Shown here: positions 49,773-60,232 of the stretch, piece after piece
Layout of the letters: the number at the start of each line of letters is the position of its first letter
Position numbering within the stretch: position 1 is the first letter of the stretch
DNA from: Clostridia bacterium
GTDB lineage: Bacteria > Bacillota > Clostridia > TANB77 > CAG-508
NCBI GenBank assembly: GCA_900753165.1
Contig: CAADYC010000089.1
Coordinates: forward strand, 13,371-77,370
DNA length: 64,000 bases
Direction: 5' to 3'
The notes under the pieces: model-generated
Databases searched by the model: none
The model's input: the letters and a program-made list of their open reading frames with translations, nothing else
Told to the model about the DNA's origin: nothing
Made by a program: the position numbers and the translations under genes

Positions 49773-49926
49773 TTTCTTATAGTAAAATGTAAACAGCTTG
49801 AAAGGACTAAAGAAAGTCCTAAAATTAAAATTTGAGATTGAAAAACGGTCCATTAATTCAAAAAAAGAGAGATTTTGTGTGGTGGCCCCTCAATCACAGT
49901 AAATTTCTAAAAAGGTGAGAAGATAA

Positions 49927-52900
49927 ATGTATTTAAAAAGATTAGAATTACAAGGATTTAAATCCTTTGCAGATAAAACAGTATTGGAACTAATGCCTGG
50001 AATAACAACAGTAATAGGGCCAAACGGTTCAGGAAAAAGTAACATATCAGACGCAATAAGATGGGTACTTGGAGAACAAAGTATGAAATCATTAAGAGGT
50101 ACAAAATCTCTAGACATAATATTTGCAGGTACTCAAAATAGAAAGTCTTTAGGCTTTGCCGAGGCTTCTTTGGTATTTGATAATTCTGATGGTGCATTGC
50201 CAATTGAATATACGGAAGTAACAGTTACAAGAAAAATTTATAGAAGTGGTGAGACTGGTTATTATATAAACAAAGTTCCATGCAGATTAAAAGATGTATT
50301 GGAATTGTTTATGGATACTGGTATTGGTAAAGATGGATATTCAATTATTGGACAAGGTAAAATCGATGAGATTTTGAGTAACAAGTCTGAAGATAGAAGA
50401 CATATTTTTGAAGAGGCTGCAGGTATTGTTAAATATAGGACAAGAAAGCAAGAGTCTGAAAAAAAGTTGGAACATACAAAGTTAAATCTTTTAAGAATTA
50501 ATGATATTTTGTCTGAAATTGAAGGAAATCTAGAGCCTTTACAAATGCAAGCAGACAAGGCTAAAAAGTATTTAAATTTAAGAGAAGAGTTGAAGAATAT
50601 TGAAATTGGTCTATTTGTTTACAACATAGAAAAATATAAACAAGACTTAGAAAAAGTTGTACAAGACATTGAAATTATGCAATCTCAATGCAATGATGAA
50701 GAAGGCAGATTAGAAAGAGTAAAAATCTTAAAAGAAGAGTTAAAATCTAGCATTGATGAAATTACAGAAACAATTGAAAATATGTCAAATATAGGTTTTG
50801 AGAGTCAAAAACAAATTGAACAATTGAATTCTGATATAAATGTTGCAAAGACTAGAATTGCAAATAATAATGAAAATAATGATAGATATTTAAAAGAAAT
50901 TGAAGAACAAAATGCTAAAGTTCAAGAGTTAAAAGATGAAATTGAACAAAAAGAGGCTAAAAAAGATAACTTAAAACAAAACAAAGAAAAATTTGAAAAA
51001 GAGTTAAATGAAAAGCAAGCAGAGTTAGATAAATTAACAGAAAAATTGTCTTCAAAAGAGTTAGAAATTGAAGGATACAAACATACGGTAGAAGAAAATA
51101 CAGATAAAAAATATGAACTTCAATCAGAAATAAATGCTCAAAACATAAATTATCAAAACTTTGAAAAAAGACAAGCACAAATAAAACAAGAAATGCAGTC
51201 AACAATTTCTGAATTAGATGGAACTCGTCTTAATAAAGAAGATATTGCAAAGCAATTTAATGAAATTGAAAACAAAAAAAATAAGGCTCAAAATTCATTA
51301 AATGAAGTAGCAAAACAAAGAGAAGAAGCAAACCAAAAAATTAAATCATTTGAAAGTAATATAAATATTTTATCAAGTGAAATGAGAATAAAAGAATCAA
51401 GACTAAAATTTTTGATAGAAACAGAAAAAGAAAAAGAAGGATATATCAAAAGTGTTAAATCATTGCTTAAAGATTGTGAAAATATCAAAGAACTTGGCAA
51501 AGGTATGAATGGCGTTTTGGCAAATATTATTGAAGTTCCAGATGATTTACAAACTGCAATTGAAATGTGCTTAGGAGCAAGTATTCAAAACATTGTAACA
51601 GAAACAGAAACAGATGCAAAAAGGTTAGTTGAACATTTAAGAAAAAATAATTTAGGAAGAGCATCTTTTTTACCAATTTCATCTGTTAGAGGTAAAAAAT
51701 TGGACAAGATAAAAGGCAATGAAAGTGGAGTTATTGGGATTGCGTCAGACCTTATAAAATACAACAAAAAATATGAGCAAATTATTTTAAATTTACTAGG
51801 TAGAACTGTAATTGTTGACAACATGGATACTGCAATTAAAGTTGCAAAACAAAATGGATATACATTCAGAATTGTAACAACTGAAGGTGACTTAATAAAT
51901 CCATCTGGTGCAATTACTGGTGGTTCAGTTGCTAAAAAGACTGTTAACATTTTGGGTAGAGGCAAAGAAATTGAAAAACTTGAAAAAGAGATAAAAAATC
52001 TAAAACAAAAAATTGAAAAACTAGAAAATGACAAGCAAAATTACGAAGAATCAATTGAAGGAATTTTAGAGTTATCTGCAAATTTTGAAAAAGAACTACA
52101 AGAAATTGACATCACATACGCAACTGAAAAACAAAAAGTTATTTCAATAAATGAAAATATTGAAAAACTTGAAAAGCGTTTGAATAGACTAAAAGAAGAA
52201 CAAGCAAATCTTGAAAAACAAAAAGAAGAAGCGGTTTCAACAAAAGGTGATTTACAAGTTGAAATAAATAAAATTGTTGAGCAAAATGAAGAACTTTCTA
52301 AAATAATTACTGAATTTGCAGAATTGAACAAAGATGATCAAAAATATATTGATGACCTGAATTTTGATATTACAAACTTGAAAATTTCTGTATCTTCATT
52401 TGACGAAAGTGAAGCATCAATTCAAGAAATTCAAGAAAGAATTAATCAAGAATTAGAAAATGCACATACAAGTATTGAAAATAAAAATGCACAAATTGAG
52501 CAAATCAAAAAAGACAATGAAGACTTAGAAAAATCAATACAGGATACACTTCAAAAAATAGAAAAAGTTAAAGAAAGTGTAAATAGCAGTAGTTCAAAAA
52601 TTGAAGAATTGAAAAAAGAAAGAGCTCAAAAGAGTGAAAAACTTTCAAAACAAGAAGATGAGATAACTGCTAAATTTAAAGTAATTGAAGACTTAAAAGG
52701 TCAAATTGTAAAATTAGATGTTAAAAAGACAAAAATTGAAGAAGATATTAATGGCATTATCAACAAAATGTGGGAAGAATATGAACTTACACCTAATAAT
52801 GCAGAACAATATAAAAAACCAGAAAATGTTGCGTTAACACAAAGAAGAGTCAATAATTTGAGAACTGAAATTAGAGAACTTGGAAGTGTTAATGTAGATT

Positions 52901-53475
52901 CAATTGAAGAATATAAAAACTTAAAAGATAGATATGACTTTATGAGTGAACAACGTTTAGACCTAGAAAATACAATGAGCAAATTAAGAAAAGTGATTTC
53001 AGATATGACTCAAATTATGAAAGAACAATTTAAAGAAAAATTCAAGGTTATAAACAAAAACTTTGGAGAAGTATTTGCAGAATTGTTTGGCGGCGGAAAA
53101 GCAGAACTTACACTAGAAGATGAAGACAATATTTTAGAGTGTGGAATTGAAATTACCGTACAACCACCAGGAAAGAAATTACAAAATATGATGCTTCTTT
53201 CAGGTGGGGAAAAGGCATTTACTGCAATTGCATTATTATTTGCAATATTGAAAATAAATCCAGCACCATTCTGTGTATTGGATGAAATTGAAGCGGCACT
53301 TGATGATGTAAATGTATTTAGATATGCTGATTATTTGAAGAAGTTTACTGATCATACTCAATTCTTAGTTATTACTCATAGAAAGGGAACTATGGAAGTG
53401 GCTGATACTGTTTATGGTGTTACTATGGAAGAGAGTGGTATTTCTAAGTTGTTGTCTATGAAATTGAAACAATAA
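49927..53475 (+). CDS. smc: Chromosome segregation protein SMC
   Basis: N-terminal Walker A GPNGSGKSN, long coiled coils, hinge, C-terminal LSGGEKA signature and Walker B (VLDEIEAALD). Confidence 0.95.
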   Translation: MYLKRLELQGFKSFADKTVLELMPGITTVIGPNGSGKSNISDAIRWVLGEQSMKSLRGTKSLDIIFAGTQNRKSLGFAEASLVFDNSDGALPIEYTEVTVTRKIYRSGETGYYINKVPCRLKDVLELFMDTGIGKDGYSIIGQGKIDEILSNKSEDRRHIFEEAAGIVKYRTRKQESEKKLEHTKLNLLRINDILSEIEGNLEPLQMQADKAKKYLNLREELKNIEIGLFVYNIEKYKQDLEKVVQDIEIMQSQCNDEEGRLERVKILKEELKSSIDEITETIENMSNIGFESQKQIEQLNSDINVAKTRIANNNENNDRYLKEIEEQNAKVQELKDEIEQKEAKKDNLKQNKEKFEKELNEKQAELDKLTEKLSSKELEIEGYKHTVEENTDKKYELQSEINAQNINYQNFEKRQAQIKQEMQSTISELDGTRLNKEDIAKQFNEIENKKNKAQNSLNEVAKQREEANQKIKSFESNINILSSEMRIKESRLKFLIETEKEKEGYIKSVKSLLKDCENIKELGKGMNGVLANIIEVPDDLQTAIEMCLGASIQNIVTETETDAKRLVEHLRKNNLGRASFLPISSVRGKKLDKIKGNESGVIGIASDLIKYNKKYEQIILNLLGRTVIVDNMDTAIKVAKQNGYTFRIVTTEGDLINPSGAITGGSVAKKTVNILGRGKEIEKLEKEIKNLKQKIEKLENDKQNYEESIEGILELSANFEKELQEIDITYATEKQKVISINENIEKLEKRLNRLKEEQANLEKQKEEAVSTKGDLQVEINKIVEQNEELSKIITEFAELNKDDQKYIDDLNFDITNLKISVSSFDESEASIQEIQERINQELENAHTSIENKNAQIEQIKKDNEDLEKSIQDTLQKIEKVKESVNSSSSKIEELKKERAQKSEKLSKQEDEITAKFKVIEDLKGQIVKLDVKKTKIEEDINGIINKMWEEYELTPNNAEQYKKPENVALTQRRVNNLRTEIRELGSVNVDSIEEYKNLKDRYDFMSEQRLDLENTMSKLRKVISDMTQIMKEQFKEKFKVINKNFGEVFAELFGGGKAELTLEDEDNILECGIEITVQPPGKKLQNMMLLSGGEKAFTAIALLFAILKINPAPFCVLDEIEAALDDVNVFRYADYLKKFTDHTQFLVITHRKGTMEVADTVYGVTMEESGISKLLSMKLKQ

Positions 53476-53486
53476 AATTTATAAAA

Positions 53487-53515
53487 GGTAGCAAGTGAAA
53501 ATTTGCTACTTTTTG
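53487..53515 (+). terminator. smc terminator
   Basis: GTAGCAA-gtgaaaat-TTGCTAC then TTTTT. Confidence 0.55.
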
Positions 53516-53552
53516 CTGTGTGATACGTAAGTATTATAATACAAATAAAATA

Positions 53553-53588
53553 AAAAGTCGGAGATTAAGTAATCTCCAACTTTTTGTA
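53553..53588. terminator. Bidirectional terminator (A-run, GGAGATTA/TAATCTCC hairpin, T-run)
   Basis: Read directly. Lies between convergent genes. Confidence 0.5.
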
Positions 53589-53613
53589 CACAATATACTT
53601 AATGTACTTAACA

Positions 53614-53853
53614 TTAAGCTTCTGCAATCTTTTTTGTAAACTGACTAGCACACAAATTCATTCGACTAGCTTTTATATTGCAAGCTGTCATGTCTGCAGG
53701 ATTTTTGCAAAGTACAACATTTTCGGTTGCAATATAGTTACCTCGTTTGTACTCAGCAATCCATTTTAAGAAAGCCTGAATCCGATCTTCGGTGCTGGTA
53801 ATGGTGAAACTTGCACCATTCTTATCGCTTACGGTTAAAGATTTTTCTTTCAT
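53614..53853 (-). CDS. Hypothetical 79-aa protein; contains an in-frame CGG read normally (..TEDRIQAF..)
   Basis: AGGAGGT RBS. The ORF stays open across CGG without any frame change. Confidence 0.45.
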   Translation of the reverse strand: MKEKSLTVSDKNGASFTITSTEDRIQAFLKWIAEYKRGNYIATENVVLCKNPADMTACNIKASRMNLCASQFTKKIAEA

Positions 53854-53993
53854 AGTGTTACCTCCTAGTTGTTTTATAATAAATATTATATAACAAGAGA
53901 ATCTAAAATGCAACAAATTTTAAAAATCCAATAAAAATTAATAGTAAACCAGAAATAATTGACCAGATATTTTGTGGTAATTTACAAAAATTT

Positions 53994-54485
53994 CTAATAT
54001 GAATTCCTAAATAGGAGCCGTAAACTAAGAAAAATTAATTGAAAAGCACTTACTAAAAAAGGAAATAGTTTCAAATTAATATCAGCCATTGAACCAGAAA
54101 TCCCAATACAAAAGCTATCTAAAGAAAGGGCAATAGCCAAGATTAATGCTTCTTGTGGTTCAATTATTTTTGAATGATTTAGGTCAGAAGATAGTGGGCT
54201 GTTAAAAATATTTCGGGAATTTTTTTCTTTTTTAGATGCTTGAAAGCATATGTATATTCCCATACAAATTAAAATAAAACATCCTAAAAAGTTAGTAAAT
54301 AAGTTTGGAAGTATATATTGAATTATATTACCAAAAAATATTGATATATATGTTGTAATTAGTGAAATTGCAAATAAAATTATTTTGCTTAATTTAGATA
54401 TTTTTGTATTTTTAATTCCATATGTGATGCCTATTCCTAAAGAATCTATACTACTTGATATTGCTAAAAGTATTGAATTTACCAT
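53994..54485 (-). CDS. ytaF: YtaF/MntP-family (DUF204) membrane protein
   Basis: Repeated hydrophobic helices and LLAISSSIDSLGIGITYG / ALSLDSFCIGISGS repeats. Start at MVNSILL with an AGAGGTG RBS. Confidence 0.55.
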   Translation of the reverse strand: MVNSILLAISSSIDSLGIGITYGIKNTKISKLSKIILFAISLITTYISIFFGNIIQYILPNLFTNFLGCFILICMGIYICFQASKKEKNSRNIFNSPLSSDLNHSKIIEPQEALILAIALSLDSFCIGISGSMADINLKLFPFLVSAFQLIFLSLRLLFRNSY

Positions 54486-54596
54486 AATAACACCTCTTAC
54501 AACATAATATGACAAAAAAATTTTTACGGTTACTGTGTAATAAAAAAGTACAAGCCACATATATTTAAATAACAAATATACAAAGGAGTGAATTTT

Positions 54597-57257
54597 ATGT
54601 GGCAAACATTAAGAAAAGAAGAAGTATTAAGGCAATTAGGCACAGATGAAAAACAGGGATTAACAGAAAAAGAAGTACAAAAAAGACAAGAAAAATACGG
54701 AAAAAATAAATTAGAAGAAAAAAAGAAAGAAAGTTTTATTGTAAAATTTATAAAACAATTTAATGATTTTATGATAATCATACTAATAATAGCATCAATA
54801 ATATCGGCAGTTGTATCAAAAATGCAAGGAGAAAATGACTATGTGGATTCAATAATAATCATAGGAATAGTAGTATTTAATGCATTAATGGGAGTAATAC
54901 AAGAAGCAAAAGCAGAAAAATCAATAGAAGCCTTAAAACAAATGACACCGCAACTTGCAAAAACAATAAGAAATGGAAAAACAGTTGAAGTCAACGCGGA
55001 AGAACTTGTAAAAGGAGATATTATAATTTTAGACGCAGGAAATTTTGTACCAGCAGACTGTAGAATTTTAGAAAGTCATAACTTGAAAATAGAAGAATCA
55101 TCATTAACAGGCGAAACACAAGGGGCAGAAAAGGATGAGGGTATTTTGTGTAGTAAAAATGCACCTTTGGGAGATATGAAAAACATGGCTTTTATGGCTA
55201 GTATAACAGTAAATGGACATGGAAAAGCAGTTGTTACAGATACTGGAATGAGTACAAAAGTTGGACAAATTGCTAATATGATTATTGAAGATGAGGCTCC
55301 ACAAACACCATTACAGAAAAAACTTGGAGAAGTTGGTAAAATATTAGGATTGGCGTGTTTAGCAATATGTGTAATAATTTTTGTTATGGGATTAATAAAA
55401 CATATAGAACCTGTTGAAATGTTTATGACATCTGTAGGACTTGCAGTTGCAGCAATTCCAGAGGGATTACCTGCAATTGTAACAATTATGCTTTCAATTG
55501 GCGTTACAAAAATGGCTAAAAAGAATAGCATAATTAGAAAATTGCCAGCTGTTGAAACACTTGGAAGTAGTAGTGTAATTTGTTCAGATAAAACAGGAAC
55601 TTTAACACAAAATAAAATGAAGGTTGTTGATGTTAGAAGTCAAAGTAAAAAGTTTATTATTGAACTAGCAACATTATGCACAGATTGTGATGTAAATGTG
55701 GAAAATGGAGTAATGAAAGTTTCTGGTGAGCCTACAGAGAAGGCGATTGTAGAAGAATGTATAAATATTGGAAGTACAAAAAATAGATTAGAAAATTTTA
55801 TGCCAAGAGTTAATGAAATTCCTTTTGATTCTAATAGAAAAATGATGACTACAATTCATAAAATAGGCAATAAATATAGGATTATAACAAAAGGTGCACC
55901 AGATGTACTATTACAAAAGTGTACAAAACAAATAGATTCAATAAGTGAAATGACAAGCCAATATAACATTAAAATTAGAAGTTTAGAAAATTTAAAAATT
56001 CAAAGTGATAATAGACAAATGGCACAAAAGGCATTGAGAGTAATTGCAGTTGCATATAAAGATTTAGATACATTGCCAAGTAAAATTTATTCACAAAATA
56101 TTGAAAATAATTTAACATTTGTGGGACTAATTGGAATGATAGACCCACCAAGAGATGGAGTAAAAGAAGCAGTTCAGGTATGTAAAAATTCAGGAATTAA
56201 AACAGTAATGATTACAGGTGATCACTTAGAAACGGCAAAGGCAATAGCAAAAGACTTAGGGATTCTAGAACAAAAAGATATGGCAATAACAGGTCAAGAA
56301 CTTGATAAAATGACACAAAATCAATTAGAAAAAAATATAAAAAAATATTCAGTTTTTGCAAGGGTTACACCAGAACACAAAGTAAGAATTGTAAAAGCAT
56401 GGCAACGTAATGGTGCAGTAGTTGCAATGACTGGTGATGGTGTAAATGATAGTCCAGCTTTGAAAAATGCTGATATTGGAATTGCTATGGGAAAAAATGG
56501 TACAGATGTTGCCAAAAATGCGGCTGATATCATACTTACAGATGACAATTTTGTTACAATAGTTGAAGCTGTAAAGCAGGGAAGAAACATATATGATAAT
56601 ATCAAAAAAGCAATACATTTTTTAATTGCAACAAATATTGGTGAAATTGTAACAATTTTTATGGGACTTGTATTAGGCTTAAAATCACCACTTCTTGCAA
56701 TTCAATTATTATGGATTAATCTTGTTACAGACTCTTTACCTGCAATTGCTTTAGGTCTTGAAAAGCCTGAAAAAGATATAATGCAAAGAAAACCAGTTGA
56801 TAGTAAAAAAGGAATATTTGCAGACGGTTTGTGGAATAAAATTATTGTTGAAGGAATTATGATAGGTGTTCTTACTCTTGTTGCATTCAGTATTGGAAAT
56901 AAATATTATGGCTTAGAAGTTGGCAGAACTATGGCATTTTTATCAATAGGATTTTTGGAGTTGATTCATAGTTTTAATGTTAAAAATGAAAGGTCTATTT
57001 TTGAGGCAGGACTTTTTGAAAATAAATATTTAGTTGGAAGCTTTGTTTTAGGAATTTTCATTCAGGCTATAGTTGTTGTGATTCCCGCTTTTGCGAATCT
57101 TTTTGAGGTTGTTCCTTTGAATTTGACTCAATGGATTATTACTGTTGTTATTTCTATTTTGCCTGTGCCTGTTGTTGAATTACAAAAGAAATTAGACTTT
57201 AAGAATAAAGTATGTAATAATAAAAAAGAGAAAAAAAGTTTTTCTTTTGCAAAGTAA
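54597..57257 (+). CDS. P-type Ca2+-transporting ATPase (type IIA)
   Basis: DKTGTLT phosphorylation site, TGES-like loop, GDGVNDSPALK hinge, ten TM segments, 886 aa. Confidence 0.85.
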   Translation: MWQTLRKEEVLRQLGTDEKQGLTEKEVQKRQEKYGKNKLEEKKKESFIVKFIKQFNDFMIIILIIASIISAVVSKMQGENDYVDSIIIIGIVVFNALMGVIQEAKAEKSIEALKQMTPQLAKTIRNGKTVEVNAEELVKGDIIILDAGNFVPADCRILESHNLKIEESSLTGETQGAEKDEGILCSKNAPLGDMKNMAFMASITVNGHGKAVVTDTGMSTKVGQIANMIIEDEAPQTPLQKKLGEVGKILGLACLAICVIIFVMGLIKHIEPVEMFMTSVGLAVAAIPEGLPAIVTIMLSIGVTKMAKKNSIIRKLPAVETLGSSSVICSDKTGTLTQNKMKVVDVRSQSKKFIIELATLCTDCDVNVENGVMKVSGEPTEKAIVEECINIGSTKNRLENFMPRVNEIPFDSNRKMMTTIHKIGNKYRIITKGAPDVLLQKCTKQIDSISEMTSQYNIKIRSLENLKIQSDNRQMAQKALRVIAVAYKDLDTLPSKIYSQNIENNLTFVGLIGMIDPPRDGVKEAVQVCKNSGIKTVMITGDHLETAKAIAKDLGILEQKDMAITGQELDKMTQNQLEKNIKKYSVFARVTPEHKVRIVKAWQRNGAVVAMTGDGVNDSPALKNADIGIAMGKNGTDVAKNAADIILTDDNFVTIVEAVKQGRNIYDNIKKAIHFLIATNIGEIVTIFMGLVLGLKSPLLAIQLLWINLVTDSLPAIALGLEKPEKDIMQRKPVDSKKGIFADGLWNKIIVEGIMIGVLTLVAFSIGNKYYGLEVGRTMAFLSIGFLELIHSFNVKNERSIFEAGLFENKYLVGSFVLGIFIQAIVVVIPAFANLFEVVPLNLTQWIITVVISILPVPVVELQKKLDFKNKVCNNKKEKKSFSFAK

Positions 57258-57447
57258 GTTAAAAAAGTACATTTTATAAAAAAATTTAATATAAATTTTT
57301 TTAAAGTTTATATTAAATTTTTGAAAATTGGTTGCAAATACCAAAAAAATATGATAAAATAGCTATGCTTAAAAGAAGCATGGCTATTTTTAAGCATCTC
57401 TACTTAACGAAAAGTTAGGTTGCAAAATCCATAGGGAGGTGAAAATA

Positions 57448-57732
57448 ATGAACAAATACGAAAGTGTTATCATTGTTAATCCAAATGTAGATGAAGCTGG
57501 TTTAAAAGCTTTAGAAGAAAAATTCACAGGATTAATCAATGAAAATGGAAAAGTTGAATCAGTTGAAAACATGGGTAAAAAAAGATTAGCTTATGAAATC
57601 AAAAAATTCAAAGAAGGTACATATATGTTATTTAACTTTGAAGCAAATCCAGATTCAATCAAAGAACTTGAAAGAGTTTACAGAATTACAGATGATATAA
57701 TCAAATTCATCGTTGTAAGAAAAGAAGACTAA
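57448..57732 (+). CDS. rpsF: 30S ribosomal protein S6
   Basis: MNKYESVIIVNP.. typical S6 N-terminus. rpsF-ssb-rpsR synteny. GGGAGG RBS. Confidence 0.85.
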   Translation: MNKYESVIIVNPNVDEAGLKALEEKFTGLINENGKVESVENMGKKRLAYEIKKFKEGTYMLFNFEANPDSIKELERVYRITDDIIKFIVVRKED

Positions 57733-57787
57733 TCAAAAAAATAAAAAGTGGGACCTTAAATTAAAGTAATGAAAGGAAGAAAAGGAA

Positions 57788-58216
57788 ATGAACAAAGTAA
57801 TATTAATGGGAAGACTTACAAGAGACCCAGAAGTAAGATATACACAAACAAATAATACTCTAGTTGCTTCTTTTAGTTTAGCAGTAAATAGAAGATTTGT
57901 TAGACAAGGAGAAGAAAGACAAGCAGACTTTATAAACATAGTTGCTTGGAGTAAATTAGGAGAATTTTGTAGTAAGTACTTTAAGAAAGGTCAACAAGTT
58001 GGTATAATTGGAAGAATCCAAACAAGAACATGGGATGATGATCAAGGTGTTAAACACTATGTAACAGAAGTTGTTGCAGAAGAAGCATATTTCGCTGATA
58101 GCAAAAGAGAAGGAGATATGGGAGCAGGAGCTTTTGAAAATACTTTTGGTAGTACAATGCCAGGAAGTATGGGTTCAGATTTTGAAACATCATCTGCAGA
58201 TGATTTACCATTTTAA
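57788..58216 (+). CDS. ssb: Single-stranded DNA-binding protein
   Basis: OB-fold N-terminal region (NKVILMGRLTRDPEVRYT) and C-terminal acidic tail DDLPF. Confidence 0.9.
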   Translation: MNKVILMGRLTRDPEVRYTQTNNTLVASFSLAVNRRFVRQGEERQADFINIVAWSKLGEFCSKYFKKGQQVGIIGRIQTRTWDDDQGVKHYVTEVVAEEAYFADSKREGDMGAGAFENTFGSTMPGSMGSDFETSSADDLPF

Positions 58217-58243
58217 TTAATAACGAGAGGGGGAAATATCAAA

Positions 58244-58519
58244 ATGGCAGATAAAAAACAAAGAAGAAATAATAAAAATTATGATGAAGATTATAACCCA
58301 AAATTCAGAAAACAAAGAAAAAAAGTTTGTGTTTTATGTAGTGACAAAAATTTCGAATTAGATTACAAAAATGCTGACCAATTAAAGAAATTTGTTAATG
58401 ATAAAGGTAAAATCTTACCAAGAAGAACAACAGGATGTTGTGCAAAACATCAAAGAGATATTACTACAGCAGTTAAAAGAGCTAGACATATTGCTGTATT
58501 ACCATATGCTCAACAATAA
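58244..58519 (+). CDS. rpsR: 30S ribosomal protein S18
   Basis: Conserved [29 protein letters not shown] motif. Confidence 0.9.
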   Translation: MADKKQRRNNKNYDEDYNPKFRKQRKKVCVLCSDKNFELDYKNADQLKKFVNDKGKILPRRTTGCCAKHQRDITTAVKRARHIAVLPYAQQ

Positions 58520-58533
58520 TTAGCATATTCTAA

Positions 58534-58566
58534 GACTAGAAATAATTGATATTTCTGGTCTTTTAT
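58534..58566 (+). terminator. rpsR terminator
   Basis: 11-bp stem GACTAGAAATA/TATTTCTGGTC then TTTT. Confidence 0.55.
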
Positions 58567-58680
58567 TTTATTATAGGAAAGTTAAATCCTTCATAAAGCA
58601 ATTAATTATTGTAATTAATTGCAATTTGCTTGAAAATATAGTAAAATATATTAGATTAAAAGAGAAAAGAAGGTAATAAA

Positions 58681-59940
58681 ATGTTAGAAAAACTAGGAAT
58701 TAATACAGCAATAGAAAAATTATCAAAAGAAGTTGAAAATGAAATAAAAGACCAATTTAAAAAAATGGATGAAATATGTGAAAAAAATAGTATTAAAGTA
58801 TTATCAGCATTTCAAGAATGTAATTTACAAGAAATGCATTTAAATTCATCAACAGGATATGGAATTGATGAAGCAGGAAGAAACAAAATTGAAGAAATTT
58901 ATGCAAAAGTATTTAAAGCAGAAGATGCATTGGTACGTGCACAATTTATATCAGGAACACATGCTTTAGCAATAACACTTTCAGCACTATTACGTCCAAA
59001 TGACACAATGATAAGTATAACAGGAGAACCATATGATACGCTTCAAACTGTTATAGGATGTAATGATACAGAAAGTAAAAGTTCGTTAAAAACATTTGGA
59101 ATAAAATATGAGCAAATAGAACTTATAGAAAATGATTTTGATATAAAATCAATTCAAGAAAGACTAAAAAAACAAGATGTAAAATTAGTTGAAATTCAAA
59201 GATCAAGAGGATATTCAACAAGAAAAAGTTTGACAATAGAAAAAATCGAAAAAGCAATAAAAGCAATCAGAGAAGTTAATAAAGATGTAATAATTATGGT
59301 TGACAATTGCTATGGAGAATTTGTACAAGATAAAGAACCAATAGAAATTGGAGCTGATATTGCAGTAGGTTCATTAATGAAAAACTTGGGTGCAGGTATT
59401 GCAACATCTGGAGCATATATAGTAGGTAGAAAAGATTTAATAGAGCTATGTGCAGAAAGATTAACTGCACCTGGAATTGGAAAAGAAATAGGACCATCAT
59501 TAGGACAAAATACACAATTGCTAAAAGGTTTATTCTTTGCACCACAAGTTGTAGCTTCAAGTGTAAAAACAGCGATATTTGCAAGTAGAATATTAGAAAA
59601 ATTAGGATATGATGTTGAACCAAAATATGATGAAGTAAGAGCAGATATTGTTCAAACAATAAAACTTGGAAGTGAAGAGAACTTGGTAAAATTTTGTCAA
59701 GGAATTCAAATGGGGTCACCAATAGATTCAAATGTAATTCCATTTCCTAGTGATATGGGAGGTTATGAGGACAAAGTTATAATGGCAGCTGGAACATTTA
59801 CAGAGGGTTCAACAATAGAATTGAGTTGCGATGGACCAATACGTGAGCCATTTATTGCTTATATGCAGGGTGGACTTACTTATGAGTATGGAAAGTTTGG
59901 AATATTAAAGGCAATTCAAAAAATGAATGGTGAAAAATAA
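58681..59940 (+). CDS. PLP-dependent Met-gamma-lyase-family protein (aluminium-resistance / YnbB-like)
   Basis: 419 aa. SGTHALAITLSALLRPND and a lysine-containing SLMKNLGAG region typical of the Cys/Met-metabolism PLP fold. Confidence 0.55.
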   Translation: MLEKLGINTAIEKLSKEVENEIKDQFKKMDEICEKNSIKVLSAFQECNLQEMHLNSSTGYGIDEAGRNKIEEIYAKVFKAEDALVRAQFISGTHALAITLSALLRPNDTMISITGEPYDTLQTVIGCNDTESKSSLKTFGIKYEQIELIENDFDIKSIQERLKKQDVKLVEIQRSRGYSTRKSLTIEKIEKAIKAIREVNKDVIIMVDNCYGEFVQDKEPIEIGADIAVGSLMKNLGAGIATSGAYIVGRKDLIELCAERLTAPGIGKEIGPSLGQNTQLLKGLFFAPQVVASSVKTAIFASRILEKLGYDVEPKYDEVRADIVQTIKLGSEENLVKFCQGIQMGSPIDSNVIPFPSDMGGYEDKVIMAAGTFTEGSTIELSCDGPIREPFIAYMQGGLTYEYGKFGILKAIQKMNGEK

Positions 59941-59948
59941 TTATAAAA

Positions 59949-59983
59949 TATCGGGATTAAGGGGCCACCACATAAAATCCCGT
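59949..59983. repeat. REP-like element variant (CGGGATTAAGGGGCCACCACATAAAATCCCG)
   Basis: Same arms as the 43405 family, different core. An inverted copy sits at 60183-60217. Confidence 0.65.
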
Positions 59984-60182
59984 TATTTATTATTAAATTT
60001 ATAATTTTTATAGTTATATGTATTAAAATTTCATTCCTTACTGGTCGGAATAATCATATAAATATGTTCAATATAATTTCAAAAAATGAAAAATTAATCT
60101 GTCTAATCTGTATGAATATGTTTCCTCCCAAACTGCGCGTCATTGTATTTTAATACATATAACTATTAAGTAATTAAATTAA

Positions 60183-60217
60183 ATCGGGATTTTATGTGGT
60201 GGCTCCTTAATCCCGAT
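60183..60217. repeat. REP-like element variant, inverted copy
   Basis: CGGGATTTTATGTGGTGGCTCCTTAATCCCG. Confidence 0.65.
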
Positions 60218-60232
60218 ATTTTAGGAGAAAAT

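Noticed and set aside
51585-52331. Minus-strand ORFs inside smc
   Set aside because: Antisense to a canonical SMC protein. Products are S/F/I-rich nonsense.
53994-54030. In-frame CGG near the ytaF stop (tta CGG ctc, about 8 codons from the end) as another recoding site
   Set aside because: Frame 0 already ends in a short plausible tail. The +1 frame is also open (AT-rich region) and encodes a hydrophobic stretch, so it is undecidable. It is left as normally read.
54588-54596. ATG 54588 as the ATPase start (ORF-track start)
   Set aside because: It lies inside the GGAGTGA RBS. ATG 54597 has proper spacing and was chosen.
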